A DNA stretch of 64,000 nucleotides, from the NCBI GenBank assembly GCA_030141605.1, contig JAQGDQ010000016.1, forward strand, positions 808,282-872,281. Direction: 5' to 3'. The position numbers and the translations under genes are program-made. The notes under the pieces are model-generated. The model was not told the origin of the DNA. It worked only from the letters and a program-made list of their open reading frames with translations, and did not search any database. Source of the stretch: Tubiluchus corallicola (Eukaryota; Animalia; Priapulida). Positions within the stretch are counted from its first letter, which is position 1. Every line of letters begins with the position of its first letter. Shown here piece after piece: positions 28,901-42,049 of the stretch.

Positions 28901-30433
28901 GATGGAATAACACTTCCCAGTGCGCTCCAAAAAAACTCACAGATTCACCAAAATATATATTATTATTCTTATTGGCAAGATAAAGTAATTTATACTTGTC
29001 CTTAGTTAGTGGAGTGTATGCTGTGAATGCTATGATTATATTTTTGTACTTTACGCAACGTTATCAAAGATTTGTTTCAAACGACTAAAATGGCTGCGCC
29101 TGTCGGTCATCGCGGGAGTTTACAAGTTTTATACAGCTTTGCTGCTAATACAAGCCCTGTGGGCGATAAGATAGTATGTAGGTGATTTCAAAATTTCAAA
29201 CAATTTTTTATCTTTATGTAAGAATTCTGTTTCCTTATCCCTTTTGAATGAGAAACCATCATTAATGTACTTTTATTTGCATTTTACTTCAAAACTTTAA
29301 TTAGAATTTGTGCTTTAATGTTGCCATTTCTTATTGGACTATACGTTCTCTGAGTTCTTGCAACATAAGCTTTTAAAAAACTGACATAATATTAGATCTG
29401 TCAGCAAAACTTGTTACATTCAACGAAATTGAACTTGAATTACAACTTGAATTAAAGCTCGATTCTGCCGTAAATGCTTATCAAACATTTATAGTTGCAA
29501 ACGAAAACTGCAGACTTTTGTAATTACATCGATGAAAACTTGATTAGTTCAGACTTTCTGTTGTCATTTCGTAAGAGGAAAGTGAAAGACGAGGGTAATT
29601 AAATGGTCAGAAATTACCTAGTAAATAAAATATAACCTGATTGTTTGCGAGAAATCACTCAGCCTCAGTAAAAACCGAACTAAAAACTAAAAAAAGGAAG
29701 AATAATGAAAGGGATTTTCTATGAATTATTTGGCTAATAAGCTTGAAAATGACTATTTTCATAACAAAAAAAAACAAAGAAAGCCAGTATTAAACCTACT
29801 ATTTTTTTCCAATAAAAAGAAAGTCGCGACATCTTTTTAAAAAGTATGGATCACTTTTTTAACTGTAAAATTATCTGTCCGTTTAATATTGTGAATAAAA
29901 TTGGACTAATGAAAACATTTATAGGATTAATTTTTTTAGAACGTGGGGTGCTTATAACTCACTGTCTTGTATCCAATTTTCATTCACTGTTTATGCTTCG
30001 CTCTTTCAACATAATTTTACCCAATTTATTCGCAATTACATCATACGCTGAAACTACAGTATTTAAAAATAAGAATATAAAAAATTGGAATACTACAGTA
30101 CAGTTACACTACAGTATACAGATAGTACAATCTTTATTACTACATATAGTAAATAGCATACAACAAAGTATTTCCACTACAGAACTGACTGTTTTGCAAA
30201 GAAAATGTGTGTTAAGTTTGACATACCGTCGTTTGACACTATAATTCAAAAATGTGTTTATTTACTAAAAAATAGGCTGTTTGCAAGTTGTAATCCTCTT
30301 GTGCTGAGCATGAGGGATATAGGTTCCATTCAAATTTTATATGTGTCAAATAGGCCAATATGACTTTTAGGATAACTTTTTGCTGATATTTTCTTGTATA
30401 TATGTATATTTCTAGTACAACATTTAAATATCT

Positions 30434-30482
<49 letters not shown>

Positions 30483-31691
30483 TAATATATCTTTTACTTT
30501 TCAATTTTTTAACTACTGTTTTATTATAACTAAAAAAAATAGCAAAGCAAGTTAAAGAACACATGCGTGCAAAAACACAATAAAAGCACTGTTGCATATA
30601 TGTACAGGCTAAAGTTAAAAATGCAAATTTTGCTTAAATGTATAATCTAATTTTAAGCCTTTTATGTATACTTACTACGTGGACAGCTTTTTGTAATTGA
30701 TGTTCTGTAACACTTACATAAAATCAGCTTAAAAACGATGTTTTAGATAGATTTTCGCTGAGCTATACTAATAGCACTACTTAAGATAATCTAAGATAAG
30801 ATAAGATAAAATTTATTCTGCCTTGCGGTAATTGTTCGTTTCTATGTTCATTTGACTCAGCATTGAACTTTATCAGCGTATTCAGCTCATTTTGAATATT
30901 TTTTAAATCAGCACGGTTACCATTTTTATTGGTTTTTTGCTTGGATCTTATCCTTAATATTTCTATTTATCCACAGACTACTATTCGTGAAAATCTTGAT
31001 TGTGTTTTACATCTAATTATCGCGTTGAACGCATTCTGAGGAAATTTAATATAATCCGAGACATGTACTTGTTTATGGTCAGGCTCATTCTGTAATAACA
31101 CATCCCATCGTGGACATCTTCAGAGCTTCTACAGTTGCATCATCCTAACTGGACATGTTTATCGGATATGGCTTGCTTGATTTCAATTTTAGTTTATATA
31201 CGAATAATAAAGAAACGTCATGATCCGATTTATCGGGCACCTTTTTTCCATATTTGCAACTGTTCTTGATATAAAGATATTAATGTAACAAAGATCAATA
31301 GTGGCACTTGACCTGACATTAATCAGCAATTTAAACAAATTTTTAAACAAAAATCTAATCAGCAAATTCTCTTCCACGCATGTTCTCAAAAAACTGAATA
31401 GTCATTCTGAAAAAAGTTCTACAAAGAATGGACACTGAACAACACGGTTATAGACGCGCTTTGTTCCGCCTGAGCAATACGAATTCGAATATCAGAGTGA
31501 TAGGATGTGCCCAGGGGATAGTTCGATCAACAAGGGGAGGATGGAAACCAGAAAGCTGAGGAAATGGCTGAGAATGGAAATGAGTCGTTTTTTTCAAAAG
31601 GATAAATGGCAAATTTCACTGAAGCGAAAAGACAGATCTTCCTCTGTCTTTTCGCTTCAATGAAATTTGCCATCTATCCCGCTGAAAAAAC

Positions 31692-31777
31692 CACTCACAC
31701 ACTCATACACACACACACACACACACACACACCATGCACGCACGCACACACACCACACATACACGTGCACGCACATG

Positions 31778-31827
<50 letters not shown>

Positions 31828-31860
31828 GAGAGAGAGGAAATCAGAGAAAGAGAGAGGAAA
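31692..31860. repeat. Compound (CA)n/(TA)n/(GA)n microsatellite
   Basis: Direct reading. Confidence 0.9.
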
Positions 31861-33336
31861 GTAGAGAGTGGGAGAGATTGGGTAAAAGAAAAAATACTTT
31901 TGCACGTGGTTGAATGAGTAGGAGCCGCGGCTGGTTAAAATCTGTCACTAACTACCAGAACAAAAGCAGCAAAACCGAACTAATCCATAAAATAGATTCG
32001 CAAATCACCAAACTGAAACTATGTTATTCTGCCCCGAGCAACTTTAATCCTAACGATATATTCAGGAAATAAACGATAAAGTGTCCTAAAAAATCTTAAA
32101 CAATTGGATCTCGAACTTGGATCTTTTACAATGAAAAGCTATGTTTGCCAAAAATCGCATTTCAAACAAATAGGTCCATATCTGACGTCATGTCTGTGGT
32201 TTATACTTTTCCCTTGACATTTGAGAACGCACTGAATAATGACATTTTCGAGGCAAACACGTCCATAAAACTGACATAATGAATTTACTCGGTTCTCAAC
32301 AGGGAGGCCATATTAAATTATATCATACACAGGGGAGAGCCAACGGCGGATATGTAGCCCATTAATTATTTTGCTGGCTAAACCGTACTCGATTCAACCG
32401 CAGTGTTTGCAAGAATGTAAGTCGCCTGCTTTATCAGCACAGCATTCTGTGATTTGTGATCATGAAATGTAAAATTATTATGATGGTCTAAACCCGGGTA
32501 TTAGGTTTATATTAAACTTATTAGATTAATCATTAATTTCTGCCCTACAGATTTCAATGAAGGGGAGAGCTAACACAAAAATCAAAATAAAAGAGGTTTG
32601 GTTTTCTTCAACTAACTTTAAATATTCAAGGGCAAAACGGAGGCATGCGTCATTGAAATATTCACTGACGCCACAGATATTTGAAAGGCCATTAAAATAA
32701 TGATCTTTCGCCACTAGTTCATCATAGCAGGCTACACTTAACCTGCTAAAACAGTTGTCTTCAGCATAATTCATGGCTGAGTTTGTGTGTAAATTTCCTC
32801 AAACTCTACATTGGCTTGCGTTACACAGTAAGTATTGCGTCGATAAATCACCAGCGTCAGGCTTACTAGCTGGCAACCCTGGGAATAGCGAATATTATCG
32901 TAGTGGGAGTATTATAGTAATGTAAAAAGGAAGCCATGCACGGCGGCTTCATATCATCTTGAAATATTCTTTATCTGGAAGGTTTTTAATCCGATTCCAG
33001 GTTTTTAAGCTGTTCATGTTAGATCGCACCAATATCAGGTGTAAATAGTGTACTAGGTCTATGACTCTATGTGGCAGCTAAAAAGCGCCTGAAGCGTTTT
33101 CGTTTACGGTTTGAGCATAATCTAGCGCCATGTCAAAACTTAAGACCGTCTTCGTTCTGGGCTCTTTCATATATATTCATGTGAGCATATATGATCCGTC
33201 GCTATTCGATAAGTGAAATTTTAAAACTTTTTCAATCAGAACTTGGACTAAATGTGAACAGTATGATCTGTCGCCAAGTTCTTTGTCCGTTTTTGGTCCA
33301 CTGTCTGAATGGGCAACTATAGGACCTTTGTAACCT

Positions 33337-33494
<158 letters not shown>

Positions 33495-33879
33495 TCCTCT
33501 ATATTGTACTTTTATGAATACACTAACATGCATAAACGAGCGATAATTAGCGCATATAACATATATACAATTTGTACTTCTAATTGCAGGTATTAAGTGT
33601 CCAGTAGTGATTTTAAAAATGCTACTTGTACCCACGATGCAGTGCTGCTTTCTTAGAGTGTTTTTTTAATTTAAACAACCGCCTACTCTAACCTGCGCTA
33701 CATATTACTTACAGTAGCACTTACAGTTACAGTAAAATTTGCTCATAACAACATATTTCGTTAAATCACATACTTTGCATAATAAATTCGTTTCTAACTA
33801 ATTCTAGGAAAACTTTTTTTACTACAAACTAATCAATAAGTAAATGTTTAAGTAGATTCATGTTTGGTCATATTTTTTT

Positions 33880-34560
33880 GCTGTTGTCCACCCGTCTACA
33901 TCGGTATAATAGGTGTTCAGGAGTTTGCTCCGCTTCTCCACAAATATATAATGGACTGTCTGCTAGGCAGACTTAGTGCAAATGCGTTTTAAATTTTCCC
34001 TGTCCAGTAAGGAATGAAACTGCTCTCCTCTCCTCTTTGCTTAGCGGAGAATCTAATGGGATAAGTCTGGGAGCCATTTAGCATTTACTCTTTTTGTTGC
34101 GGCAATTCGCCTCCTTCTATTTCTAAATTGTTGATGAGCCTAGTTTTCCAAATTTGAACACCAATGTTTGTTTGTTTGTGTTTTCGTGTATCTACGTATA
34201 ATCTCGAATATCGTACTGTTCCGTACCGCATATTCCATATACCAGGTTCTTCTCATGTATGCGGTGATATTGACCAGATGATAGTTGATGAAGTGTTTAC
34301 ATCATTGCCTGTGATTAGACTGCCAGTTGTAAATTTAACAACATTTTTGTTCAACAGACCATCTTCATTATTTTTGATTATAACACTTTTAGCAGAAATT
34401 TAGTTGCTATTGAATCGTCTAATATGTCTAGGGGTGGAAGTTCGCATATCAATTCCAGCTGATTTCTAGTAGCCCCCTTCACTGCATTGTATATGATTTC
34501 CTCGAAAGACGTGTTTTCCATTCATTCGGGCTGTCAAAGCATGTAATATAACTGGCAACA
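33880..34560 (-). mobile_element. Decayed I/R1-group non-LTR retrotransposon C-terminal fragment
   Basis: Minus strand LELICELPPLDI and FLTGQGKFKTHLH*VCLADSPLYICGEAEQTPEHLLYRC (degenerate C-terminal zinc knuckle). Confidence 0.65.
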
Positions 34561-37418
34561 CACTATCTTAAATAAGCTAATTATTGCTGGCAATCTTAAC
34601 TCACTGTATTTTCGACATCTGTTTGGCAAGTGGTACTATGTTTTCTTCCTTGTCTCACTTACGTATTTATCAAAAATTAGTTTATTGTCGATATTTGCGG
34701 GGTCTGAATAAAAGTATATCTATTGGTGGATTTCTCGTACAAGCAGTGCAAAAACAGAAGTGAAATGTGAAAAATGTAATTCTCTGATTTTAAATAAAAC
34801 AGACTAAATGAATACATATCCAAATCAGCGAGCGGCGTGCACGTGTTTATCACTTGACAGACTGAATGAATTCAGATGAAAATCTACGTGCATAACCATG
34901 TTTATCGGTTTGCCTATGCCTGGTCCAATGCGGTTTAATCATGTGTTTCAGTCGAAAATGCCCGTTACTCGTGAATAATTATCATTTGGCCATGTCTGAA
35001 CCATTTTAACCCAATTTTGACATTTTTGGCTCCTATCTCAGACCCTTAAACAATCCAAGCTTTTAGCCGTACCATGGCCTGAGCCTTTACAAGTTTCCTG
35101 ACTCTACCTATTATGGCTTTCAAGTTCATTGCTAGATGAGTCGATGCTAAAACGAGGACGCCTAACAGAACAATAATAAGAAATCAGCCTATGGGTTCTC
35201 TTATATCCGCGAGTAAAAAAACGTCCGCAAAATTGTACAGTTGTTTAAAGCTCACTTGCAAAAAAGCCTCGCTACATCTACTGCTCGTTGTTACAGAAAC
35301 TTCGCGCCCATCCATTCTTATGTGGATTATCGATCGCAAAAATCGCCTGATTCTAGCCGTTGACAACAACGCAAATTGTTACAGAAGCCAAAAACAGCTC
35401 AGGCGACTGTAGAAAGTGGAGTAATTCCCGCTGCTCTGACAAACCTAATCAGTATTCACGTCCGCAACGACCTCAAGCACAATGTAAACGCTAATACCCT
35501 CAATTGGGTTTAGCTGTAATGTGTGACAGTTCGGGTGGGGTCCTCCACTTTCTTTGGGAAACCACGTAAATTGATGACCTGCATAATCCCTGAAGCGCGA
35601 AGATTGGCAGCGTAACGTAAAGATAAGCCAGAGACGTCACATAAAGACAAGCAATAGACGTCAATTTCCGGTTGAACACAATTAACACTATTCAGTATTA
35701 GCTATTATGATAGGAACTTATGATCTACAATCAAGCATAGTTTGTTACTAAAATCCTTGTTGTTACTACACTACAAATCTATTGATTTCATTCAAAACCA
35801 CATTTTCTTTAGAAAATACGATGCGTATCATCTAATTAAACAGCCTCGTCACATTCACCTTTTTGCCGAGGTCTTGCTCTTGGAAGACGGAAGTCACTGT
35901 GTCCATGAGTCACAAATAAACAGAAGAATTTGCCTTGAAAAGAAAAAGCAAAGGCAAAAGGTTGAACTTTAGAATTAGCGATAGGCACCATATGTTGATG
36001 ATTTTCTTAAATTGAGAGATTAGAGGAACAAAGTAATCAAGCTAGTGAAGGAAAGCCCCGGAAAGCTATCTGGCGAAAGAAATTTCAAACAAAAACAAGA
36101 GGCTGTCCTTAACTGAGAAATACTTGCAAAACACACAGTAATGTTAAGATGAGAAGTGCTGAAAATGTATGATGAGCTGCCGCAATTTAAAGGCAAGCAC
36201 AGATATACTATCAGTCTGCCCTCCTATGAAAGTATGTGTGGATTCAGTTAAGAAAATGTTTTTTTCACTTTTCAGTGGTTGAGACATTGCAAATCCTGAT
36301 GCTAAGGCAGGTAAGATAAGACAAAAATAAGATGTGTTAAAAAATTACGTTTCACAACAAGAAGCAACACTAAAAAATAGACCCACATGGATTAAAATGA
36401 TACTGAAGATTAATGACTTTTTTCTATCTGATTAAGTGGGTGATGTAAGCAGTAGTACAGCTCAAGCATTACAAGCCACATTACGTACAGAGATACATAG
36501 TGGTTGTAATCCAAATAGAAACTGCATATTTAGACCTAATTATTTCGTGCGCCATAGTAAAGAAGCGCTTTTACAGTGAAATATATCTCTAGATGCGAGA
36601 AAGCACGCTGAAACTTGCAACTAATTCTTATCATCCAAAACACCATATTGTGTATTGTCTGTTTCACAATCAATATGCCTACGCTAAGACCTAAGAGAAG
36701 CCATTTCAAGATTGTAACGAACCGAATTACTTGCCAGACTTTGTCGAAAACATTCACGTTGTGTGTTTCATCAAAGCAAATTCTGTCGTGTTGTTGTCCA
36801 CGGGGACTCACTGGAGCCTGGCACTGTCTGCATCCTTTCCCGGCAATCGCTTTTCCCAACCATGAGCCGAGACGACTGGGAATGGGCGGACTTATACCAC
36901 GTTTTTCTAGAAGTTAAACAGAGTAGAGTGTCTTCAAACTACACACAGCAAGCAGCCTCCGGCATTACTACGTGGCAAACCTTGCTATTTATCATCATAT
37001 AGGACAAGAATTTTGTCAGATCTGTAGTTAATTTACAGACAAAAATTCTGAAAACTTTGATACGCCTTGACTAGGTTTGTTGAAATTACGTTTTGTCATT
37101 TGTCGCATTGGCCACTAAACTGCACTTAATGATGGTTGTTTTAAATGATGAATGCGTGATGAATAACAGCAGCTTTTATAATTTTCTCTCTGTGTCTGTT
37201 CTGTTCTTGACATCAACGTGCTTGTTTCTTAAGGCCACTAATTTAAGACCACTATTTTATGACGTTTGGACTATGAAAACCAACAAACTAGGATATACTG
37301 ATAGGGCTTATTGCAGACAATCGTGGCCAGATCGGAACTAGTTAGTAATTATGAATAATTTTCTAAGATGAAACGCTGACACGGCAGAGATGGTTAAGCA
37401 TTTCTGAATGCGTATATA

Positions 37419-37979
37419 CTGTTGTTGGAATCCTTCTGCCTCGGAAGACAATGGAATATGCGCCAAGAGAGTCAGTTATTGATCACATTGATGGAGCTGC
37501 AGCATCGACTGTGGCTGAGCAATCCTATCCTTGAACCACTGGAGTGGCCTCTCCAGGGCGCACGCCTGGGCAAGGTGTATGGAGATTCTGAGTTGCCCAA
37601 ACAACAGGAACCCCCTCTCTTCCTGCCTGGTGTAGTCCAAAGGAAAGCGGAGCGATTCGTTTGGCACCAGGTTGGCTGCAGGAGCTGCCAGAGTCGGTCA
37701 GTATGCTGCACTGGTGTGCCTTCGGGGCTCCACCCCTGATTTGGAAGGTTTACTCCTCTACACATGGCCGTTGGGTCACTTGACCTCCTCCGCTCTCCAG
37801 CCGCCGGCTGCCTGTACAGCTCCTCCGCCTAGTGTCGAGATTCAGTGTGGGCATCCCGCAAGCCTACAGCACCTGGTATTCCTAGGTGGTCACCCATCTA
37901 AGTACTAACCAGGCTCTACGTTGCTTAACTTCGGTGATCAGACGAGAACCTGTATTTTCAACGTGATATGGCCGTACAC
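37419..37979 (-). mobile_element. 5S rRNA-headed SINE (SINE3-type), 561 bp, with 12-bp TSD
   Basis: Complete 5S head, ~440-nt GC-rich body, 3' stem-loop and CAACAACAG tail. AATGCGTATATA is repeated at 37407-37418 and 37980-37991. Confidence 0.88.
37860..37979 (-). rRNA. Full-length 5S rRNA-derived sequence (SINE head, probably not a functional rDNA unit)
   Basis: Minus strand reads GTGTACGGCCATATCACGTTGAAA...GATCACCGAAGTTAAGCAACG...GTTAGTACTTAGATGGGTGACC...GGAATACCAGGTGCTGTAGGCTT (120 nt); no oligo-T terminator follows. Confidence 0.9.
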
Positions 37980-38381
37980 AATGCGTATATATATGGTTAT
38001 ACTATATGCTATACTGATTATAGAGTATATATAGTGTAAAATTACAGGACAGTATACTATAAGGATTATATGTAGGATAAAATGATGTGTATAGCATCCT
38101 CTACTAAACGACAGATATGGTGGATAAAACCACTCAGAGGCAGTTTTTCTTATAGTCATCCATAATTTTACCCCGAAAGGATAAAATATACAGCCACTGT
38201 GCAAAAGTATTAATGTGGTAAGCCGATTTTTTTACTTTGCATGAAAGCCGTAATTTAGTTTTAATTGGAACTTTTTTGATATCACTGACAATCAATTCAT
38301 TTAGCATTTTTATTCAGCTGTTGACTATATAGTTTTTATATAAATTGATAACATTATACGTGCATTTTGTTTAACGGCTAA

Positions 38382-38516
38382 AGTTTACAATTCCCCAAGC
38401 ACAAGAAATAGTTCGTGAAGCGGATTAGGATTAGGGTTAGAGTTAGGGGTAGAGTTTGGGTGTTAGGGTTAGGGCTAGGGTTAGGGTATTAAAAATTGTG
38501 TGGGGAATTATAAACT
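38382..38516. mobile_element. Small MITE carrying internal TTAGGG-like repeats
   Basis: 16-bp inverted ends AGTTTACAATTCCCCA / TGGGGAATTATAAACT (15/16) around a degenerate (TTAGGG)n at ~38428-38486. Confidence 0.7.
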
Positions 38517-38696
38517 CCTTCAAATGTAGCTGGCACTCAATTTAGTAGCTTTCAGGGTAAATATTTGGTTGGATTCATTTAATTATTACAAAACAGTGTG
38601 ACTCAATTCAGTTTTTGGTTTTATTAAAATAGTGCATCAAAAAATGTACAAAACTAAATGCTCCAGTAATTTTGTTTCCTTAACTCCAATGTTCAC

Positions 38697-38802
38697 TCCG
38701 TTTGAATATGGAGTCCTACTGACGATTCTGGCAAACTGTGTGGTCCTGGCGCTGGAAGAACATCTACCAAACAATGACAGAACTGTGCTTTCCTCAAGAC
38801 TA
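38697..38802 (+). CDS. cac: Cav2 exon 2 (IS1): [35 protein letters not shown]
   Basis: 106 nt; follows the U12 acceptor; GTAAGT donor at 38803. Confidence 0.96.
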
Positions 38803-38844
38803 GTAAGTATTTTTAGGTATTCCAATAATTGGCAAATAATCCAA

Positions 38845-39125
38845 TAGTGGAAACGGTGCTGGTGATGATGATGGTTGTGGTACCGTCGATGGTGGTGTTG
38901 GTGATGGTTTGGTGGTGGTGGTGGTGGTGGCGGCAGCAGAGCAGTGGCGTTGGCAGTGGTGGCAGCACCGGCGGCAGCCGTGGCAGTGGAGATGGTGGGA
39001 TTCGTATTGTGGGTGGTGGCGTTGGTGCTAGTGGCGATACCAGGATCGGGTTGTGACGACATCAACTGTAGCAATGGCAACGGCGCTAGCGATGACACAG
39101 TAGAACAATGACAATGGCAACAGTA
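38845..39125. repeat. Degenerate (GGT/GGC/GAT)n triplet tract in intron 2
   Basis: Direct reading. Confidence 0.85.
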
Positions 39126-39422
39126 GCAAAGTTCCTTTTTTCTGTTCATGAGTTTACGTAATCACTATTTTAAAGCTAAACGCATTACTGGTGAACTAAT
39201 TACTCTTAAGTTGTAAATGTGTCTGTATGTGTTAATATTGTGTGTGTGATTTTTCAAATTAATTATATTGTAACACTGAAGTGTATTTTTCGTGCTTTAA
39301 AGTGTAATAAATAAATATTAATCTTAAGCATAGATGAATAAAATAAATCGTTTCTACATAAATTCTCAAAAGAATCTCATTTTAGTACCAACTTGATGAC
39401 TTTTGTGTTTTTGCTTTTTTAG

Positions 39423-39562
39423 GAAGCTACGGAAAAATACTTTCTGGGAATATTTTGTGTGGAAGCAGTATTAAAGATAGTAGCACTAGGATTTGTACTT
39501 CATAAAGGATCGTACCTTAGAAATGTATGGAATATATTGGATTTTATAGTTGTTGTTACAGG
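39423..39562 (+). CDS. cac: Cav2 exon 3 (IS2-IS3): [47 protein letters not shown]
   Basis: 140 nt; pyrimidine tract and AG at 39421-39422; GTAAGT at 39563; conserved SYLRNxWNxxDF motif. Confidence 0.97.
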
Positions 39563-39906
39563 GTAAGTGTATGCTCTTGTTTTCTACAGACTTATTTTTA
39601 GTGTCCTCTGCTTTCTTGACTTGAAACAATTGAAAACCTGTAATCGTAACACTATAACACAAAAATGTATTCGTGTTATTCATTCACCCCTGTAATCGTA
39701 CTAGAACTGACTACACAGATAAAGATTAGCACTGTATGTCTTGAAACAAAATTAAAGTTTTTTCTCGCTTAGTTTTTGACGTGTGATTCTTTACTAATTG
39801 CTGTTATTGTCATTTACTGAGAGTCTTTATCGTGGGGGTTTTGGTTTTTGTTGTGATATTTTTCATTCCTTTGACGTGTACTGCGTTATTAGTCATTACC
39901 AACTTA

Positions 39907-40367
39907 CAGCGGCGTATCTAGGGTATGGCAGATATGGCAGCTGCTCTAAAGCAAATGACTTTTCTTCAAATGTATGATATACCTTTTTGCATGTTTGGGA
40001 AGCACTACGCTGGCAGATTACTATAGAACTTGTGTAAATTATTATGTAAAAATATAGTGGTTGGGGCTACATGTCTTCATATCTCCCACTATCACTACTC
40101 GGTACTCATGCTCAGTAGCAACTGGCAGTAAGATCATTCTCCTGCAAAAACTAGGGAGGAAATAATGCATCCTAAGCAAAACCTATGAGATTTAATGTTC
40201 TTATTAAAAAATGTAATTTTTTATATTAGTCATTTTTAAGAAAACCATGAAACGTTTTTCACATTTTTTCCATTTTACAAAGTATAAAAAAGATTGGTAT
40301 CAGATGTTTGGTCGGGGGCGCAATTTCATTGCTCCTCATAGGCATCATTTCCCTTGATACGCCCCTG
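39907..40367. mobile_element. Non-autonomous hAT-type MITE (461 bp)
   Basis: TIRs CAGCGGCGTATCTAGGG / CCCTTGATACGCCCCTG (15/17 match); perfect 8-bp TSD CCAACTTA at 39899-39906 and 40368-40375. Confidence 0.9.
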
Positions 40368-41346
40368 CCAACTTACGCATTCTGTACTACCCCTCCATGT
40401 CTTAAATCATTCTAAAGTTATTCGCGTGTAAGGTTCGCTTCCATTTCGTCGATGACACAGCGCGAGTGACATGCCATCACCGTCACCGTCTCTGTGGATT
40501 ACAACTCATCAAGAGAGTGTTTATTGATGACAGCGAATCATTTTGTACCCTGCACGCGCACTCTGTCTGAAAAGCAAAACTTGGCTTCAGATGTGGTGGT
40601 TTCTGTCACAGAGATAGCCCTCGGGTATGCCTCTAGCGGTACTGAAACGATTATGTTTGGTATATCAGCAAAGCAATGCAATTAAGTACCGAATTATCAA
40701 TATCGACATCAGGTTCTTGAAACTCACGACCGCTTGACTACCTCATGGTAACACAATGCCTTTATTTTAAAATTCCTGATTGCCTGGACTTTTTATGTGA
40801 CCATGTTTCCAAGTACTTGGATCAATTTAAAACATACCATTTTCATGATTGCTACATGGATAGTTTAAAGAATTAACAGCAAGTTCGCATTACTTCTACC
40901 CAGCTTACTACAAGGTTAAAAATATCAGATAGTCGTCTAGTGTGTTAAGGCTTATTTAGACTATCTTGTGTCCCGTCGTGTCTATGTGACACTCAAAGTT
41001 GTCATACTTGCATGTCATGTATTTAGACTATCGGGTTTTTCCGATGGGAAAGACAGGTTTGCTTCAAAAGCTGTAGTCATTTGCAAAACATTCTGGCCTT
41101 TGAGTGGTTAAATCTCAACGGGGAAGCGTGTCACTCAAAAATTATGCAAGCTAAATTTCATCCGTATTACGCAAAGCTGTTCGTCAAGCGTGTCTATGAT
41201 CAGGAAAGCCGAAAGCAGTCACATGAAAACGACTTGGACAAAAATGACACCAGCTAATATGATACATTATGGGAATTTAATGACGTAAACGAAACAGGTT
41301 TGAATAACAAATTACTACTGTGCAACGAATTTACTTTTTGTTTCAG

Positions 41347-41450
41347 AATTATTACAGTGCTAGGACCAACCATAGGATCAACTGTAGATCTAAGGATACT
41401 TCGTGCTATTCGTGTTCTCAGGCCTCTCAAGCTCATTTCAGGCATACCAA
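41347..41450 (+). CDS. cac: Cav2 exon 4 (IS4 voltage sensor): IITVLGPTIGSTVDLRILRAIRVLRPLKLISGIP
   Basis: 104 nt; tttcag acceptor; GTAAGG donor; R/K at every third residue. Confidence 0.96.
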
Positions 41451-42049
41451 GTAAGGATGTGATAATTTCATTCACATGAAAGCAATGAAGCTTATTCTAA
41501 TTAATGGTAGATTACATGTAGAGCTTTTCTGTGTCAGCTCATGTCACAAGAAGACTGTGACTATATGTTATAATTATATATAAAATTTTATAATTATATA
41601 TATTGTATATGTAATTAAAGCAGCACTATAATTATAGAAAATGACATAAATTATCCTACACACAGGACGATTATCTTCTTGTAATATCATAATCTATTTG
41701 CATCTGAATTTCATCTATTCGATTCAATTATTTTTGCTTCTCTCTAGGCAGATAAGAATTAATTGTTTCCAGGATATCTACGCAAAATTATGCTACAATA
41801 ACTTTTTTCATAGGCCTGGTATTTAATTGGTAGAAATCTATATCTTGTCATTATCTTTCTTGCCAAAAGCTAAAACATATTTCGAGCTTGTATATGTATC
41901 AACTATTAAAACTAAAAACAAATTTAAAAAAACTCTAACTGAGACCTTTGCAAGTATATTAGTGTTCATTAGGCCAATATTAACCTATTATGTCATCAAT
42001 AAGCAAGGTAAACCTACTAGCCACCTCTTAGCCCACCTTATTAAAACTT

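Noticed and set aside
37422-37908. GC-rich ORFs on both strands
   Set aside because: They lie inside the 5S-SINE body and are open only because GC content is high.
37860-37979. Functional 5S rRNA gene
   Set aside because: Single copy, no Pol III terminator, fused to a body and flanked by a TSD.
38428-38486. True telomere or fusion site
   Set aside because: Short, degenerate, intronic and enclosed by inverted repeats.
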